Notes: a model not told the origin generated them from the sequence alone. Positions 1 through 10,295 are shown, counted from the first letter of the stretch. The stretch: DNA of 64,000 bases from Ilumatobacteraceae bacterium (GCA_050248155.1 JBFWSW010000005.1:17578-81577), one strand, 5' to 3'. Translations and numbers: made by a program.

Positions 1-902
1 GACAACGGCTCGTCGATCAACGATCGCCCGTCGACGTGGAGCACGTCGAAGAAGAACGCATCCGTCGTGCCGAGACCGCTCATCGTGTCCTGGAACCGGT
101 GCGGCCGTCCGTCCTCCGAGAAGGCGAGCGACTCACCGTCGAGCACGATCTCGTCCGCGTCGAGGCCGCGCACGGCGGCCACCACCGTCGGCAACGACAC
201 GGTGAGCTCGTTGAGCCCGCGCGAGAAGAGGCGCACCTGGTCGCCTCGCTTGTGGGCCTGGACCCGGATGCCGTCGAGCTTCCACTCGACGCTCGCTCGT
301 CCCGTCGAGCGCAAGGCGTCGCCTGCGCTCGGCGAGGTCGTCGCGAGCATCGGCTGCACCGCCACGAGTGGGGTGAGACCGACATCGAGCGACTCGCCGC
401 CGAGGGCTCGCGCGGCCGCGGCACCGAGGTCGCCGAGCAGCATCGTTGCCCGCCGAACGTCGGCGAGAGGTGCACCTGCCGCCTTGGCCACGGCATCGGT
501 GACGACACCCTCGTTCGCGCCCTGGCGCATCTCGCCGAGCAACGTGCGGACGAAGTGATCCTGCTCGTCGGAGGACAGCCGGGACATGAGTGCGACGAGC
601 GCCTGCTCACGGTCGCGCTGCGAGCCGGCTCCGATCGTCGTCGCGACGAGGCCGATCACACGGTCGATCTCGGCGACGTCCACGGACGGCTCGGACGCCG
701 GATCGACACGCGCGTCACGCAGCGTCGCCCACCCGACGCCGATCCGGCCCTGGCGTGGCGAGCCGGTGAGCAGCCCGACGACGATCGGTGCCTCGTCCCG
801 CGACGCCATCCGCAACAGGTCGGCGAAGATGGCGACCTTCTCGCTCCGCTTGGACGTCGCCGCGACACGGGTCGCAGCGATCACGACGTCGGAGTAGCGC
901 AC
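1..902 (-). CDS. ATP-dependent DNA ligase, N-terminal ~300 codons (3' end lies beyond the window start)
   Basis: Hand translation of the minus strand from GTG 902 gives VRYSDVVIAATRVAATSKRSEKVAIFADLL ... SVEWKLDGIRVQAHK ... EIVLDGESLAF. It contains the KxDG adenylation motif. It is absent from the ORF track only because no stop codon lies inside the window. Confidence 0.8.
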   Translation of the reverse strand, partial: MRYSDVVIAATRVAATSKRSEKVAIFADLLRMASRDEAPIVVGLLTGSPRQGRIGVGWATLRDARVDPASEPSVDVAEIDRVIGLVATTIGAGSQRDREQALVALMSRLSSDEQDHFVRTLLGEMRQGANEGVVTDAVAKAAGAPLADVRRATMLLGDLGAAAARALGGESLDVGLTPLVAVQPMLATTSPSAGDALRSTGRASVEWKLDGIRVQAHKRGDQVRLFSRGLNELTVSLPTVVAAVRGLDADEIVLDGESLAFSEDGRPHRFQDTMSGLGTTDAFFFDVLHVDGRSLIDEPL

Positions 903-974
903 ACCATCATTCAAGCCGCTCGCGACCACACCGTTCGGAAGGTGGCGTCACTGATCTCCGACGCGGCGAACGGG

Positions 975-1355
975 TCAGATCAACTCGATGGTGACGTCGT
1001 GGGCGTGAGCGGCAAGTGCTTCGAGGTCCGCGCGGTCGCCGGTCAACACGGTGCCGCCTGGCTCGGCGAGCACGACGACGAGAGCGTCGAAGGCCGATCC
1101 GGCCCGTGCCCGACGTCGAAGCTCCGCCGCTCTGCGCGCGACGGCCGGAGTGACCTCACTGTGCACGATGCATGTCTTCACGAAGCGGATTGCGTTGGCA
1201 TCGCGGGCTGCGTGCCCGTGCAGTGATTCGACCAGCACCATCGTCGGCACGACCGGAGGCCACAGACCGGCGCTGTGCAGCGATCTGATGAGCGAGAGCG
1301 CCGACTTGCTCCTCGACGACAGCCGCGTGAAGCCGCCGCTGTCGAGGACGAGCAC
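975..1355 (-). CDS. PIN-domain toxin (VapC-like, type II TA)
   Basis: 126-aa ORF with PIN acidic residues in VLDSGG, VLVES, FDALVV and TGDRAD. There is a 1-nt gap to the upstream small ORF. Confidence 0.75.
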   Translation of the reverse strand: MLVLDSGGFTRLSSRSKSALSLIRSLHSAGLWPPVVPTMVLVESLHGHAARDANAIRFVKTCIVHSEVTPAVARRAAELRRRARAGSAFDALVVVLAEPGGTVLTGDRADLEALAAHAHDVTIELI

Positions 1356-1356
1356 G

Positions 1357-1605
1357 TCAGCCCGCCTGCCCGAGCCGGCGGTCGCGGATCCGGCGAGCGA
1401 TCGCGTCCGCGTGAGTCTGCTGACGACGAGTGGGCTCGCCGACCTCTGCGGCGAGGTCGTCGAGGTACTCCGATGTCGCGTCGAGCGCGTCCTGCCGTTC
1501 GAGTTCGGCGCGCAGCGCGACCTGGAGGAGCTCGGATGCGGGCAGACCTCGTCGCTTCAGCTCGTCGTGGAGGTCCTCGGGAAGGTACACCTGAAGGCGC
1601 GGCAT
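1357..1605 (-). CDS. Ribbon-helix-helix type antitoxin
   Basis: 82-aa ORF starting MPRLQVYLPEDLHDELKRRG (RHH beta-strand/helix pattern). It lies immediately upstream of the PIN gene. Confidence 0.65.
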   Translation of the reverse strand: MPRLQVYLPEDLHDELKRRGLPASELLQVALRAELERQDALDATSEYLDDLAAEVGEPTRRQQTHADAIARRIRDRRLGQAG

Positions 1606-1641
1606 ACGCCCAAGTATACGCCTATTCGAGCTGGCAGCGGA

Positions 1642-2610
1642 TCAGCGCGTGAAGTCGAAGATGTTGCCCGCTCGGAGTCGCTCGACGAACGAGTCGTCGT
1701 ACGCCTCGCCGGGGATCTCGCGGACCAGCGCGTCGAGCGCCTTCGCGTCCTCGCCGACGAGGATGCGCCACTCCCCCGCTCGGACGCCGTCGAGGATGAC
1801 CGTCGCCGCCTGCGCGGCCGTCATCGGTGCGTTGTCGCGGAACATCTCGGCCTGCATCTGCATGCCGTTGCGGATGTCCTCGTCGCTCGCGCCGGCGAGG
1901 TCGAGACCCCGGCTGCCCATCCGCTCGCGGATCTGCGCCAACTGCAGGTCGGTGAGCTCCTTCGGGTCGCGGCCCATGAACTTGAACGAGTTCAGCACGA
2001 TCGACGTGCCGATGTGGCCGGGCATGACCACCGACGCCTTCACGTGTGGCGCGTGCATGCGAAGATCGGTGATGAGCGCCTCGGTGAAGCCCTTCACCGC
2101 GAACTTCGCCGCGCAGTACGCGGTGTGGGCGATCCCCGGGCCGAGCGATGCCCAGAACCCGTTGACGCTGCTGGTGTTCACGATGTGCCCCTCGGTGCCG
2201 GCCAGCAGCATGGGCAGGAACACACGCGTACCGCTGTAGACGCCACCCCAGCACACCGCGAACGTCTTGTCCCACTCTGCTCGATCGTCGAGCACGAAGC
2301 TCCCGCCGCCGGACACCCCCGCGTTGTTGAAGAGCAGGTTGATGTGATCGGACCGATGCGCCTGGGCGACGTGCTGTTGGAACGCGACGAGCTCGTCCTC
2401 GAGGGACACGTCGGCGACGAACCCCGAGACACGTGTGCCGGCGGGAGCCTCGGCCAAGGCCAGCCCCTCCGTCTCGGCCATGTTCTCGGCCGACACGTCG
2501 CACATCGATACGTGGCAGCCCTCCGCGGCGAGCTGCCGCACGAGCTCGCGACCCATCCCGGTACCGCCGCCGGTGACCACCGCGATGCGTCCGTCGAAGC
2601 GATCCATCAT
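1642..2610 (-). CDS. Short-chain dehydrogenase/reductase (SDR) family oxidoreductase
   Basis: Contains VVTGGGTGMG (TGxxxGxG) and YCAAK (YxxxK). The start was moved to MMDRFDG at 2610; the longer ORF (to 2745) overlaps the divergent promoter region. Confidence 0.85.
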   Translation of the reverse strand: MMDRFDGRIAVVTGGGTGMGRELVRQLAAEGCHVSMCDVSAENMAETEGLALAEAPAGTRVSGFVADVSLEDELVAFQQHVAQAHRSDHINLLFNNAGVSGGGSFVLDDRAEWDKTFAVCWGGVYSGTRVFLPMLLAGTEGHIVNTSSVNGFWASLGPGIAHTAYCAAKFAVKGFTEALITDLRMHAPHVKASVVMPGHIGTSIVLNSFKFMGRDPKELTDLQLAQIRERMGSRGLDLAGASDEDIRNGMQMQAEMFRDNAPMTAAQAATVILDGVRAGEWRILVGEDAKALDALVREIPGEAYDDSFVERLRAGNIFDFTR

Positions 2611-2719
2611 GTCCCCCGTTCTGCTGTCGCGAACCGCGGCGACGCTATCGAAGGACCACCGACCCGGCAGACTCGGAGCACAACTTGATGAGGGGGTCGT
2701 CAGGTGGTTGGCTGTCTCG

Positions 2720-4036
2720 ATGACCAACCCTTCGTCGATCGTCACCGACGTGCTCGACGAGCTCGACGCGTGGCTCGCCGAGAACTGGGATCCCGACCTG
2801 ACGGTCGCGGAGTGGTGGAACCGGCTCGGTCTCAGCGGCTGGGCCGCTCCCTCGCTGCCCTCGTCGGCCTACGGCAAGGACCTGTCGCGCAACGACGCCA
2901 TCGCGGTCGCGCGGCGCATCGTCGAGCGGGGCGCGCTGGCCGCACCCGGGGGACTCGGCATGCTGCTCGCCGCGCCGACGATCGCGACTCACGGCACACC
3001 CGAGCAGATCGAGCGCTTCGTCCGACCGATCGTCACCGGCGCACACGCCTGGTGCCAGCTGTTCAGCGAGCCCGGTGCCGGGTCCGATCTCGCCGGCCTC
3101 GGCACACGTGCGACGCGCGACGGCGACGAGTGGGTGGTGAACGGCCAGAAGGTCTGGACGTCAGGTGGGCAGATCGCCGACATGGGGATGCTCATCGCGC
3201 GCACCGCGCCCGAGGTGCCCAAGCACCAGGGCATCAGCTGGTTCGCCTTCGACATGCACCAGCCGGCCGCGGTCGACGTCCGACCGCTGCGCGAGATGAC
3301 CGGACGCTCGCTCTTCAACGAGGTGTTCCTCAGCGACGCGCGAGTGGACGACGACGCGCTCGTCGGAGGGCTCCACAACGGCTGGTCGGTCGCCAACACG
3401 ACGCTCGCCTTCGAGCGGAGCGGCCTGGGCGCGGGTGCAGGCGCCGCTGCTGCGCTCGCCAACCCCGGCACGATCGCAGGCGACCTCCCCAAGCGAGCCG
3501 GCGACTTCGCGGCGAAGGCACGAACCCCCGGATCGGGCGGCAGCGGCGCTGCGATCACGGCGGGCTCGCAGCGGATGTTCACCGAGCTCGCCAAGGCCAA
3601 CGGCAAGATCGCCGACCCGACGATCCGTCAGGCGCTGATGCGCCTGCACACGTTGAGCGAGATCGGCCGCTTCACGATGCTGCGCCTGAAGGCCGAGAAG
3701 GCCGCGGGGCGCGACATCCCCGGCGCGGGGAACATCGCCAAGCTCTCGATGAGCGAGATCGTGCGACAGTCACGCGATCTCGGGCTCGCCGTCACCGGCG
3801 CGTACGGCACGTTGCACGGCTACGATCGCGCGTCGGCGACCGCGCTCGAGCATGCGACCGGCAACCCCTACCTCGGCTTCGTCACCGAGATGGCGCTGTT
3901 CGCCCAGGCACCTCCCATCTACGGCGGCACCGACCAGGTGCAGCGCAACATCCTCGGCGAGCGGGTGCTCGGTCTCCCGAAGGAGCCGAACAACGATCGA
4001 GTGGTGCCCTGGAGCGAGCTACCGAAGAACGGTTGA
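2720..4036 (+). CDS. Acyl-CoA dehydrogenase family protein
   Basis: Contains WCQLFSEPGAGSDLAGLGTRATRDGDEWVVNGQKVWTSGG and a C-terminal IYGGTDQVQRNILGERVLGLP. The start was set at ATG 2720 (MTNPSS), in frame with track ORF 2435..4036. Confidence 0.85.
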   Translation: MTNPSSIVTDVLDELDAWLAENWDPDLTVAEWWNRLGLSGWAAPSLPSSAYGKDLSRNDAIAVARRIVERGALAAPGGLGMLLAAPTIATHGTPEQIERFVRPIVTGAHAWCQLFSEPGAGSDLAGLGTRATRDGDEWVVNGQKVWTSGGQIADMGMLIARTAPEVPKHQGISWFAFDMHQPAAVDVRPLREMTGRSLFNEVFLSDARVDDDALVGGLHNGWSVANTTLAFERSGLGAGAGAAAALANPGTIAGDLPKRAGDFAAKARTPGSGGSGAAITAGSQRMFTELAKANGKIADPTIRQALMRLHTLSEIGRFTMLRLKAEKAAGRDIPGAGNIAKLSMSEIVRQSRDLGLAVTGAYGTLHGYDRASATALEHATGNPYLGFVTEMALFAQAPPIYGGTDQVQRNILGERVLGLPKEPNNDRVVPWSELPKNG

Positions 4037-7000
4037 TTCCGTCGGCGGTGCCGTCATCTCCGGGGCGACGGCCACCCCGTCACCGCCCGTGCGCTTCGCG
4101 GTGTACATCGCATGGTCGGCGGCCATCAGCAGCGCGTCCGGGTCGGCCGTCCCACCCCGCTGGTGGGCGACGCCCACGCTGGCGCCGAGGTGCACGGTCA
4201 CCTCGGCGACCGACAGCGGCACACCGATGCTCTCGACGATGCGTCGTGCGATCGAGAGCGCTCCGGCCCTGTCGGTCTCGGGGCAGAGCACGACGAACTC
4301 GTCACCGCCCGTGCGCGCGACGGTGTCGGAAGGACGCGCGAGCGATCGGAGGCGGGAGGCGACGACCTGCAGCACCTCGTCACCGACCGCATGACCCCAG
4401 GTGTCGTTCACCTCCTTGAACCCGTCGAGGTCGATCAGCAGCACCGACACGTCGTTCGTCGCTCCCCGTCGAGCGGTCGCGACCTCGAGGCGTGAGTGCA
4501 GCAGGATCCGGTTGGCCAGACCGGTGAGCGGATCGTGGAGCGCCTGCCGCTCGAGCTCGGCCTCGAGACGCTTCCGTTCGGAGATGTCGCGCACGCTCGT
4601 GCGGTACTCCATCGCTCGGCCGGTCGCCGGGTCGAGCACCTTCGACGTGGAGTTCACCACCCACACCGCACTGCCGTCGGCGCGGAGCAAGCGCATCTCC
4701 GAGCTGAACGACCCGGTCGCCTCGACCTGCACGCCCGCGGCCACGACGGCAGCTCGATCGGCCGGATGGACGAGGTCGCGCCAGTGCGAACCGATCAGCT
4801 CGTCCGGGCTCCGGCCGACGAGGAAGGTCGACGAGGGCGACACGTAGGTGATCACACCGTCGCCGTCGAAGAGCACCACCACATCGGCGGCGGTCTCGGA
4901 GAGCAGGCGGAACCGGGCCTCGCTCGAACGCAGGGCGGCGTCGAGGAGCGACCGCTCGAGCACGTGGCTGATCGTCTCGGCAACGATGCGCAAGAACGCC
5001 ACGTCGTCGTCGGTCCAGCTCCGTGCGCGACCGGCCATCGAGACGCCGACCACGCCGAACAGCTCACCGTTCGAGACCATCGGCACCGCCATCATGCCGC
5101 CCTCGACCCCCATCGAGTCGCGCTTCTCGACCACCCAGGCCTCGTCGCACCCACGCGCGTCCGATACGACGATCTGCCCGGGCTGTCGCAGGCGCTCGAT
5201 CCAGTGAGGGATGGAGTCGAAGGTGACCGCTTGGCCCCGCTCGAGGCCGGGCGGGACGCCCGCACGGATCCACCCGGCGAGGTTGACGAGTCGCTGCTGG
5301 TGCTCGTCCAACCGGTCGACGTACACGTAGTCGACCTCGAGCAGGTCGCCCACCTGTGCGCCGATCTCGGGGAGGTGTTCGATGAACTGCCCGGCATCGC
5401 GGTCGAGCGCGAGCTGGGCCACGTCGAGCAGCACACCGAGGCGCGCCTCGCTCGATCGTAGCGACGTCTCCACCTGTCGACGCGCGAGCAGCGCCGAGAC
5501 GGTGGCCGACGCGCGTTGCACGATCGCGATCTCCGGTCGGGTCCACTCGCGGACCTCGGTCGCCATCGCGACGCCGAGGTTCCCGAGGCATCGGCCTTCT
5601 GACACGAGGGGCACGTTCAGGCCGGCGCGATCGGGTACCGGGAAGGAACGCCACTCGTCGGCCCACGGTTCGTCGTGCTCCTCGATGTCGCTGACGACGA
5701 GCGGTTCGAGCGTCCGGTAGCGAGCCACGATGGCAGGCATGGTCGGCCCGTCGTCAGGGAAGACGTAGGCCCGCTCGTCGCCGCTCGCCGACCAACCTGC
5801 CACGTTGCGTACGGAGTCCCCGTCGAACAGCGCGGCAAAAGCGACGTCGGCCCGCATCGCGCGGCCGAGGTGCTCGAGGTGGACGTGCAGCCCGTTGATG
5901 ATGTCGTCCGGTTCGACCTCGAGCGCCCACTGCGACAGATCGAGGACCACACGCTCCAACTCGGCCTGGCGATCCGCGTCGGCCATCGACGCGTGGATGA
6001 GCGACATGTTGCGCATCGAGACGAGGTAGCCGCCGAGCAGCTCGTCGTACTCGCCCGACGTGTCGGCGTCGAACCAGACGTAGGAACCGTCCGCATGGCG
6101 CACTCGGAGCTCGGTCACCGGCAGCTCGCCTCCGGCCAGCGTCTGGGCGAAGCTGTCGATCGCGACGGAGTGGTCGTCGGGGTGGACGAGCTCGAGGAAG
6201 TGACGATCGACCACGTCGGTGGGCCGATGACCCAAGATGACCTGGGCCTGATCGTTCACGTACTTGATCGTGCCGGAGGCGTCGAGCACCAGCAGGACAT
6301 CGCTCAAGTTGGCCAGCATCGCCGTGAGGCGCCGTTCGCTCAAGGCGAGCGCATCGGCCGCGCGCTGGCGAACCAGCAAGTTGGCGAGGGTGTCGGCGAC
6401 CTGGGAGATCGTGTCCAGCTCGTCGTCGGTCCAGCGGTGCTCGGGGTCGACGGTGCCGACGACCAGCACACCGAGCAGCTCGCCCTCGACGCGCAGGGAC
6501 GCGAAGATGCGACCAGCGCTCTCGATCCCGGGATAGGTCTGGCGCAGCTCGACGGCCCAGTCGTCGGTCGACGACGCGTCGAAGAACGCCATGCCACCCT
6601 CGGCCAACCGCGCCACCCACCTGGGGAGCAGATCGACCGACACCTCGTCGGGCAACGCAACCGGCGGGTACCTCGGGCTCGACCAGTGCGCGATCGATCG
6701 CACCCGGCGGGTGTCCATGTCGATGCTGTTCACGTTCAGCCGATCGGCGCGGATCAGCGCGCCGAACCGGGCCAGCACCTCGTCGAGGTCGTGGAGGAAC
6801 TCGTTGCTGCTGCGATGCATCGCACCGTGCGCCACGTCGGCGGCGAACGTACCGAGCTCACGCCGTCGCTGCTCGACGCGCGTGCGCTCGTTCTCGTCGG
6901 TCACGTCCCGGCTGACAGCCGCGAAGATGCGAGTGCCCGGCCGCAGCGGATCCTCCACGACCTGGACGTCCATCACCACCTCGGTCCGGCGGCCCGAGCC

Positions 7001-9004
7001 CGGATCGACGAAGACAGCGGTGCCCGACCACTGCCCGGTCGAGCGCAGCGCAGGGAACACCTCGGCTTCCAGCCGGGCGGCCTGGTCGGCCGAGAAGAGC
7101 GTGAAGGTGTTGACCCCATGGAGCGGATCGTCGGGCGCCAGGCCGATCGCGCGACGCTGCGCTGCGTTCGCGTACACCCACTGCCCGCCGGTCTCGGCGA
7201 GGAAGACGAGGGAGGTGGTCTGTTCGATCAGGCCCTGGAACCGTGCCCGCGCCCCCTCGGCGGCCCGCCGCTGGGTGAGGTCGCGGCGCACGTGCAGCCA
7301 GTGCGTGTGTACCCCGCGCTCGTCGGAGATCGGGCTGATCGTGAGCTCGCACAGGTACGTCGAGCCGTCGGCACGGCGGCTCGCGAGCTCGCGCGTCGCC
7401 GGACCTGCCCCTACCTGCACGTGTTCGAACCAGGCGAGGTCGGCCGGATCGGCCGGATCGAGCAGCAGCATGTCGATCGACTCGCCGATCACCTGCTCGC
7501 GCCGGAACCCGGTCTCGGCCTCGAACGCGTCGTTGACGTACACGATCGGGGGTCGGCGGCCGCCGCCGACCGCGGCCGTCACCATCACCGAGTCGTGGGC
7601 GGTGTCGAACGCGCTGAGCAGCAACCGCGTGCGCGGCGACAGGATCTGCGGCAGCTCGTCCGCACGCGTCGACGTGGTACCCGAGGTGGGAGCCGCCGCG
7701 CCGCACCAGGGAAGGTCGATCAGCGGGTCGAGCAGGTCGGGATCCATGGGACGCCCGAAGTGGAAGCCCTGGGCGCTGTCGGCGCCCATGCGCACCAGCG
7801 CGTCCGCCTGGCCCACGTGTTCCACGCCCTCGGCGACGACGCGCAGCCCCAGCGCGTGAGCGAGATCGATCACGGCCTCGACGATGACCTCGTCGGCGAG
7901 CGACCCGCCGATGCCGGCGACGAACTGCTGGTCGATCTTCACCGTGGTGACCGGCAACTGGCGAAGGTACGACAACGGGGAGTAGCCCGTGCCGAAGTCA
8001 TCGAGTGCCAGCTCGACCCCGAGGTCGCGCAACGCCGACAGGACGCCCACGGCGCTCGGCAGGTCCTCGAGCAGGCTCGACTCGGTGACCTCGAAGCCGA
8101 TGCTCTGCGGCGTGATCCGCCCCGACGAGATCGCATCGTGGACTCGGTCGCGCACGTGCTCGCCCGCAGCGAGCTGCTGCGCGGCGAGGTTGACCCACAC
8201 CCTGATCGGTGCGCCGTCCCGTCGGGTCCGCCAGCGTGCCGCGAGCTCGATCGCCTCGTCGAGCACCCAGTCGCCGATCACCACCATCAGCCCCACCGAC
8301 TCCGCAGCCGGCAGGAACGCTGCAGGCACGAGCAGACCATCGGTCGGGTGCTGCCACCGCAGCAGAGCCTCGACCCCGACCACCGCGCCGGTGGACAGGT
8401 CGACCTTCGGCTGGGCCAACAGCCGGAGCTCTCGATCGACGAGCGCCCGCCGCAGTCCGTCCTCGATGCGCTGTCGGCGATCGGCTTCGGCACCGAGCGC
8501 GCCCTCGTAGCCGACGACGGTGCCAGGAGCCGTGGCCTTGGCCTTTCGGCAGGCCACGAAGGCTCGCTCGACGAGATCGACGCGGCGGTCGCCCGCTGCT
8601 CGGCACGCGAGACCGGCGCTCGCGTGCACGACGACGACCTGGTCGTCGACGGTGATCGGCTGACGGATCACGGCCAGCAGATGCTCGGCCGTCGTCCGGG
8701 TGGCGTCGGGATCCGCGCCGAGGACGCCGACGACGAACGCATCGCGGTCGACGTTCGCCACGAGCGCTTGGTCCGGCACGCCCGTGAGCACTCGGCGAGC
8801 GACCTCGGCGAGCACCAGATCGCCGACCTCGTGCCCGAACCGGGTGTTGACCTGGTGGAACCTGTCGAGATCGAGGTGGATCACCCCCGCGCGAAGTCCG
8901 GACCGCTGCGCGCGTTCGAGGCGCGCGAGCAACTGGACGCGCTCGACGCGCTCAGCAGGACACCCGCTCGCGCGCGGCGCCACGGGGTCGTCGGTGACGG
9001 ACAT
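4019..9004 (-). CDS. Multidomain c-di-GMP signalling protein: degenerate GGDEF - EAL - PAS/GAF sensor array - GGDEF
   Basis: 1661-aa ORF. The N-terminal GGDEF-like domain has DRDAF in place of GGDEF. EAL motifs are present: EALLR, DDFGTGYS, KIDQQF, AEGVE, QGFHFGRP. Several PAS and GAF-like blocks follow. The C-terminal domain reads RPSDTVARTGGDEFVV (RxxD I-site plus GGDEF). Confidence 0.9.
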   Translation of the reverse strand: MSVTDDPVAPRASGCPAERVERVQLLARLERAQRSGLRAGVIHLDLDRFHQVNTRFGHEVGDLVLAEVARRVLTGVPDQALVANVDRDAFVVGVLGADPDATRTTAEHLLAVIRQPITVDDQVVVVHASAGLACRAAGDRRVDLVERAFVACRKAKATAPGTVVGYEGALGAEADRRQRIEDGLRRALVDRELRLLAQPKVDLSTGAVVGVEALLRWQHPTDGLLVPAAFLPAAESVGLMVVIGDWVLDEAIELAARWRTRRDGAPIRVWVNLAAQQLAAGEHVRDRVHDAISSGRITPQSIGFEVTESSLLEDLPSAVGVLSALRDLGVELALDDFGTGYSPLSYLRQLPVTTVKIDQQFVAGIGGSLADEVIVEAVIDLAHALGLRVVAEGVEHVGQADALVRMGADSAQGFHFGRPMDPDLLDPLIDLPWCGAAAPTSGTTSTRADELPQILSPRTRLLLSAFDTAHDSVMVTAAVGGGRRPPIVYVNDAFEAETGFRREQVIGESIDMLLLDPADPADLAWFEHVQVGAGPATRELASRRADGSTYLCELTISPISDERGVHTHWLHVRRDLTQRRAAEGARARFQGLIEQTTSLVFLAETGGQWVYANAAQRRAIGLAPDDPLHGVNTFTLFSADQAARLEAEVFPALRSTGQWSGTAVFVDPGSGRRTEVVMDVQVVEDPLRPGTRIFAAVSRDVTDENERTRVEQRRRELGTFAADVAHGAMHRSSNEFLHDLDEVLARFGALIRADRLNVNSIDMDTRRVRSIAHWSSPRYPPVALPDEVSVDLLPRWVARLAEGGMAFFDASSTDDWAVELRQTYPGIESAGRIFASLRVEGELLGVLVVGTVDPEHRWTDDELDTISQVADTLANLLVRQRAADALALSERRLTAMLANLSDVLLVLDASGTIKYVNDQAQVILGHRPTDVVDRHFLELVHPDDHSVAIDSFAQTLAGGELPVTELRVRHADGSYVWFDADTSGEYDELLGGYLVSMRNMSLIHASMADADRQAELERVVLDLSQWALEVEPDDIINGLHVHLEHLGRAMRADVAFAALFDGDSVRNVAGWSASGDERAYVFPDDGPTMPAIVARYRTLEPLVVSDIEEHDEPWADEWRSFPVPDRAGLNVPLVSEGRCLGNLGVAMATEVREWTRPEIAIVQRASATVSALLARRQVETSLRSSEARLGVLLDVAQLALDRDAGQFIEHLPEIGAQVGDLLEVDYVYVDRLDEHQQRLVNLAGWIRAGVPPGLERGQAVTFDSIPHWIERLRQPGQIVVSDARGCDEAWVVEKRDSMGVEGGMMAVPMVSNGELFGVVGVSMAGRARSWTDDDVAFLRIVAETISHVLERSLLDAALRSSEARFRLLSETAADVVVLFDGDGVITYVSPSSTFLVGRSPDELIGSHWRDLVHPADRAAVVAAGVQVEATGSFSSEMRLLRADGSAVWVVNSTSKVLDPATGRAMEYRTSVRDISERKRLEAELERQALHDPLTGLANRILLHSRLEVATARRGATNDVSVLLIDLDGFKEVNDTWGHAVGDEVLQVVASRLRSLARPSDTVARTGGDEFVVLCPETDRAGALSIARRIVESIGVPLSVAEVTVHLGASVGVAHQRGGTADPDALLMAADHAMYTAKRTGGDGVAVAPEMTAPPTESTVLR

Positions 9005-9080
9005 GGTGAACGGTTATCGGCAGATCGGAGCGGGCGGGTGAGCGCCTGTTCCGGTTGTCACCCTGCGTCCGCTGACCGTC

Positions 9081-10295
9081 TCAGCGGCGCGTGTCCCCGT
9101 CGGTCTCGAGCAGCGCGGCCCGGCCGGGTTCGACGAGCAGTTCGGTCGTACGAGATCGATGCCATTCCCGGCTCGCCGCGACGATCACGGCGGTCAGCGG
9201 GACGGCGAGGAACGCGCCGGCGATGCCTCCCACCACGCCACCGGCGGCGAGCACCAGCAGGATGACGAGCGGATGCAGGTTGACCGCGCCGCTCATCACC
9301 ACCGGTTGCAGGAAGTCCCCGTCGAGCTGCTGCATGACGAGGAGCACCACCGCGACGATCACTGCCTGCGTGGTGCCGACGGTGACGAAGGTGGCCAGGA
9401 CCGCCGTCGCGCTGGCGACGACGGCACCGATGAGTGGGAAGAACGCGGCGAGCCAGGTGAGCAGCGCGAGCGGCACGGCCATCGGGACGCCCATGATCAA
9501 CAGCATCACGAGCACGATGACCGCCTCGACGAGACCGATGATCATCGTCCCTCGCAGGTAGCCGCGCAGCGCTCGCCACGCGGCATGCCCGAGGCGGCGC
9601 ACCTCGCTCTGCCGGCCATCGGGGAACCGGCTGATGCACCAGTCGCGGATGCGCCGGCCGTCGTGGAGCGTGAAGAAGAACACCACCAGCGTCAGCAGGA
9701 TGCCGGAGACGACGGCCACGACGGTCCGCCCGTAGCTCCGCGCCTGTGGCCCTTCGACGAAGCGTCGCGCCTGGGCATGGACACGATCGCTGATGCCCTG
9801 GACCTGATCGGCGGACAGGTTGAGAGGTGATCCCTGTGCCCATTCCCGCGCGTCGTCCAGGCCTTGGTTGATCGTCGTGTCGAGGTCGTCGAACTGGCTG
9901 CGTGCCCCGAGGACCGTTGCGGTGGCCACACCTCCCACGATGAGGAGCGGGAGGAGGAACGCGAGCCACGTCGCCAGCAGTGGCCGCACGTGATGGCGCT
10001 CACACCACGCCTTCACCGGCCACACGGCGACCACGAGCAGCAGGGCGACCAGCACAGGCAGCACCACGACCCAGACCCGGCCGACGATCTTCGAGGCGAT
10101 CCAGAGCGCGACGGCGACGAGGATGAGCCGCCAGCTGGCGGCGGCGCACGTGTCGAGTGCGCGCCAGCCGATCGAACGCCGAGGGATCGGCGACGCCGCC
10201 AGCGGGGTGCTCGCCGGCGAGGAGGCCTCGTTGTCGACCAACGGTCGCGACAGGTCGGTCACCCCGCCCGGGTTCCCGAACCCTCCGTCACTCAA
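9081..10295 (-). CDS. AI-2E family transporter (PerM/UPF0118-like permease)
   Basis: 404-aa polytopic membrane ORF. The C-terminal FLQPVVMSGAVNLHPLVILLVLAAGGVVGGIAGAFLAVPL is typical of the family. Confidence 0.8.
   Translation of the reverse strand: MSDGGFGNPGGVTDLSRPLVDNEASSPASTPLAASPIPRRSIGWRALDTCAAASWRLILVAVALWIASKIVGRVWVVVLPVLVALLLVVAVWPVKAWCERHHVRPLLATWLAFLLPLLIVGGVATATVLGARSQFDDLDTTINQGLDDAREWAQGSPLNLSADQVQGISDRVHAQARRFVEGPQARSYGRTVVAVVSGILLTLVVFFFTLHDGRRIRDWCISRFPDGRQSEVRRLGHAAWRALRGYLRGTMIIGLVEAVIVLVMLLIMGVPMAVPLALLTWLAAFFPLIGAVVASATAVLATFVTVGTTQAVIVAVVLLVMQQLDGDFLQPVVMSGAVNLHPLVILLVLAAGGVVGGIAGAFLAVPLTAVIVAASREWHRSRTTELLVEPGRAALLETDGDTRR

Noticed and set aside
5675-9265. 1196-aa plus-strand ORF, along with many other long ORFs such as 5754..6620 and 6858..7706
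   Set aside because: It is antisense to the well-supported PAS/GAF/GGDEF/EAL gene. Its product is Arg/Ala/Gly/Pro-rich with no motifs. This is the typical shadow ORF of a high-GC genome.
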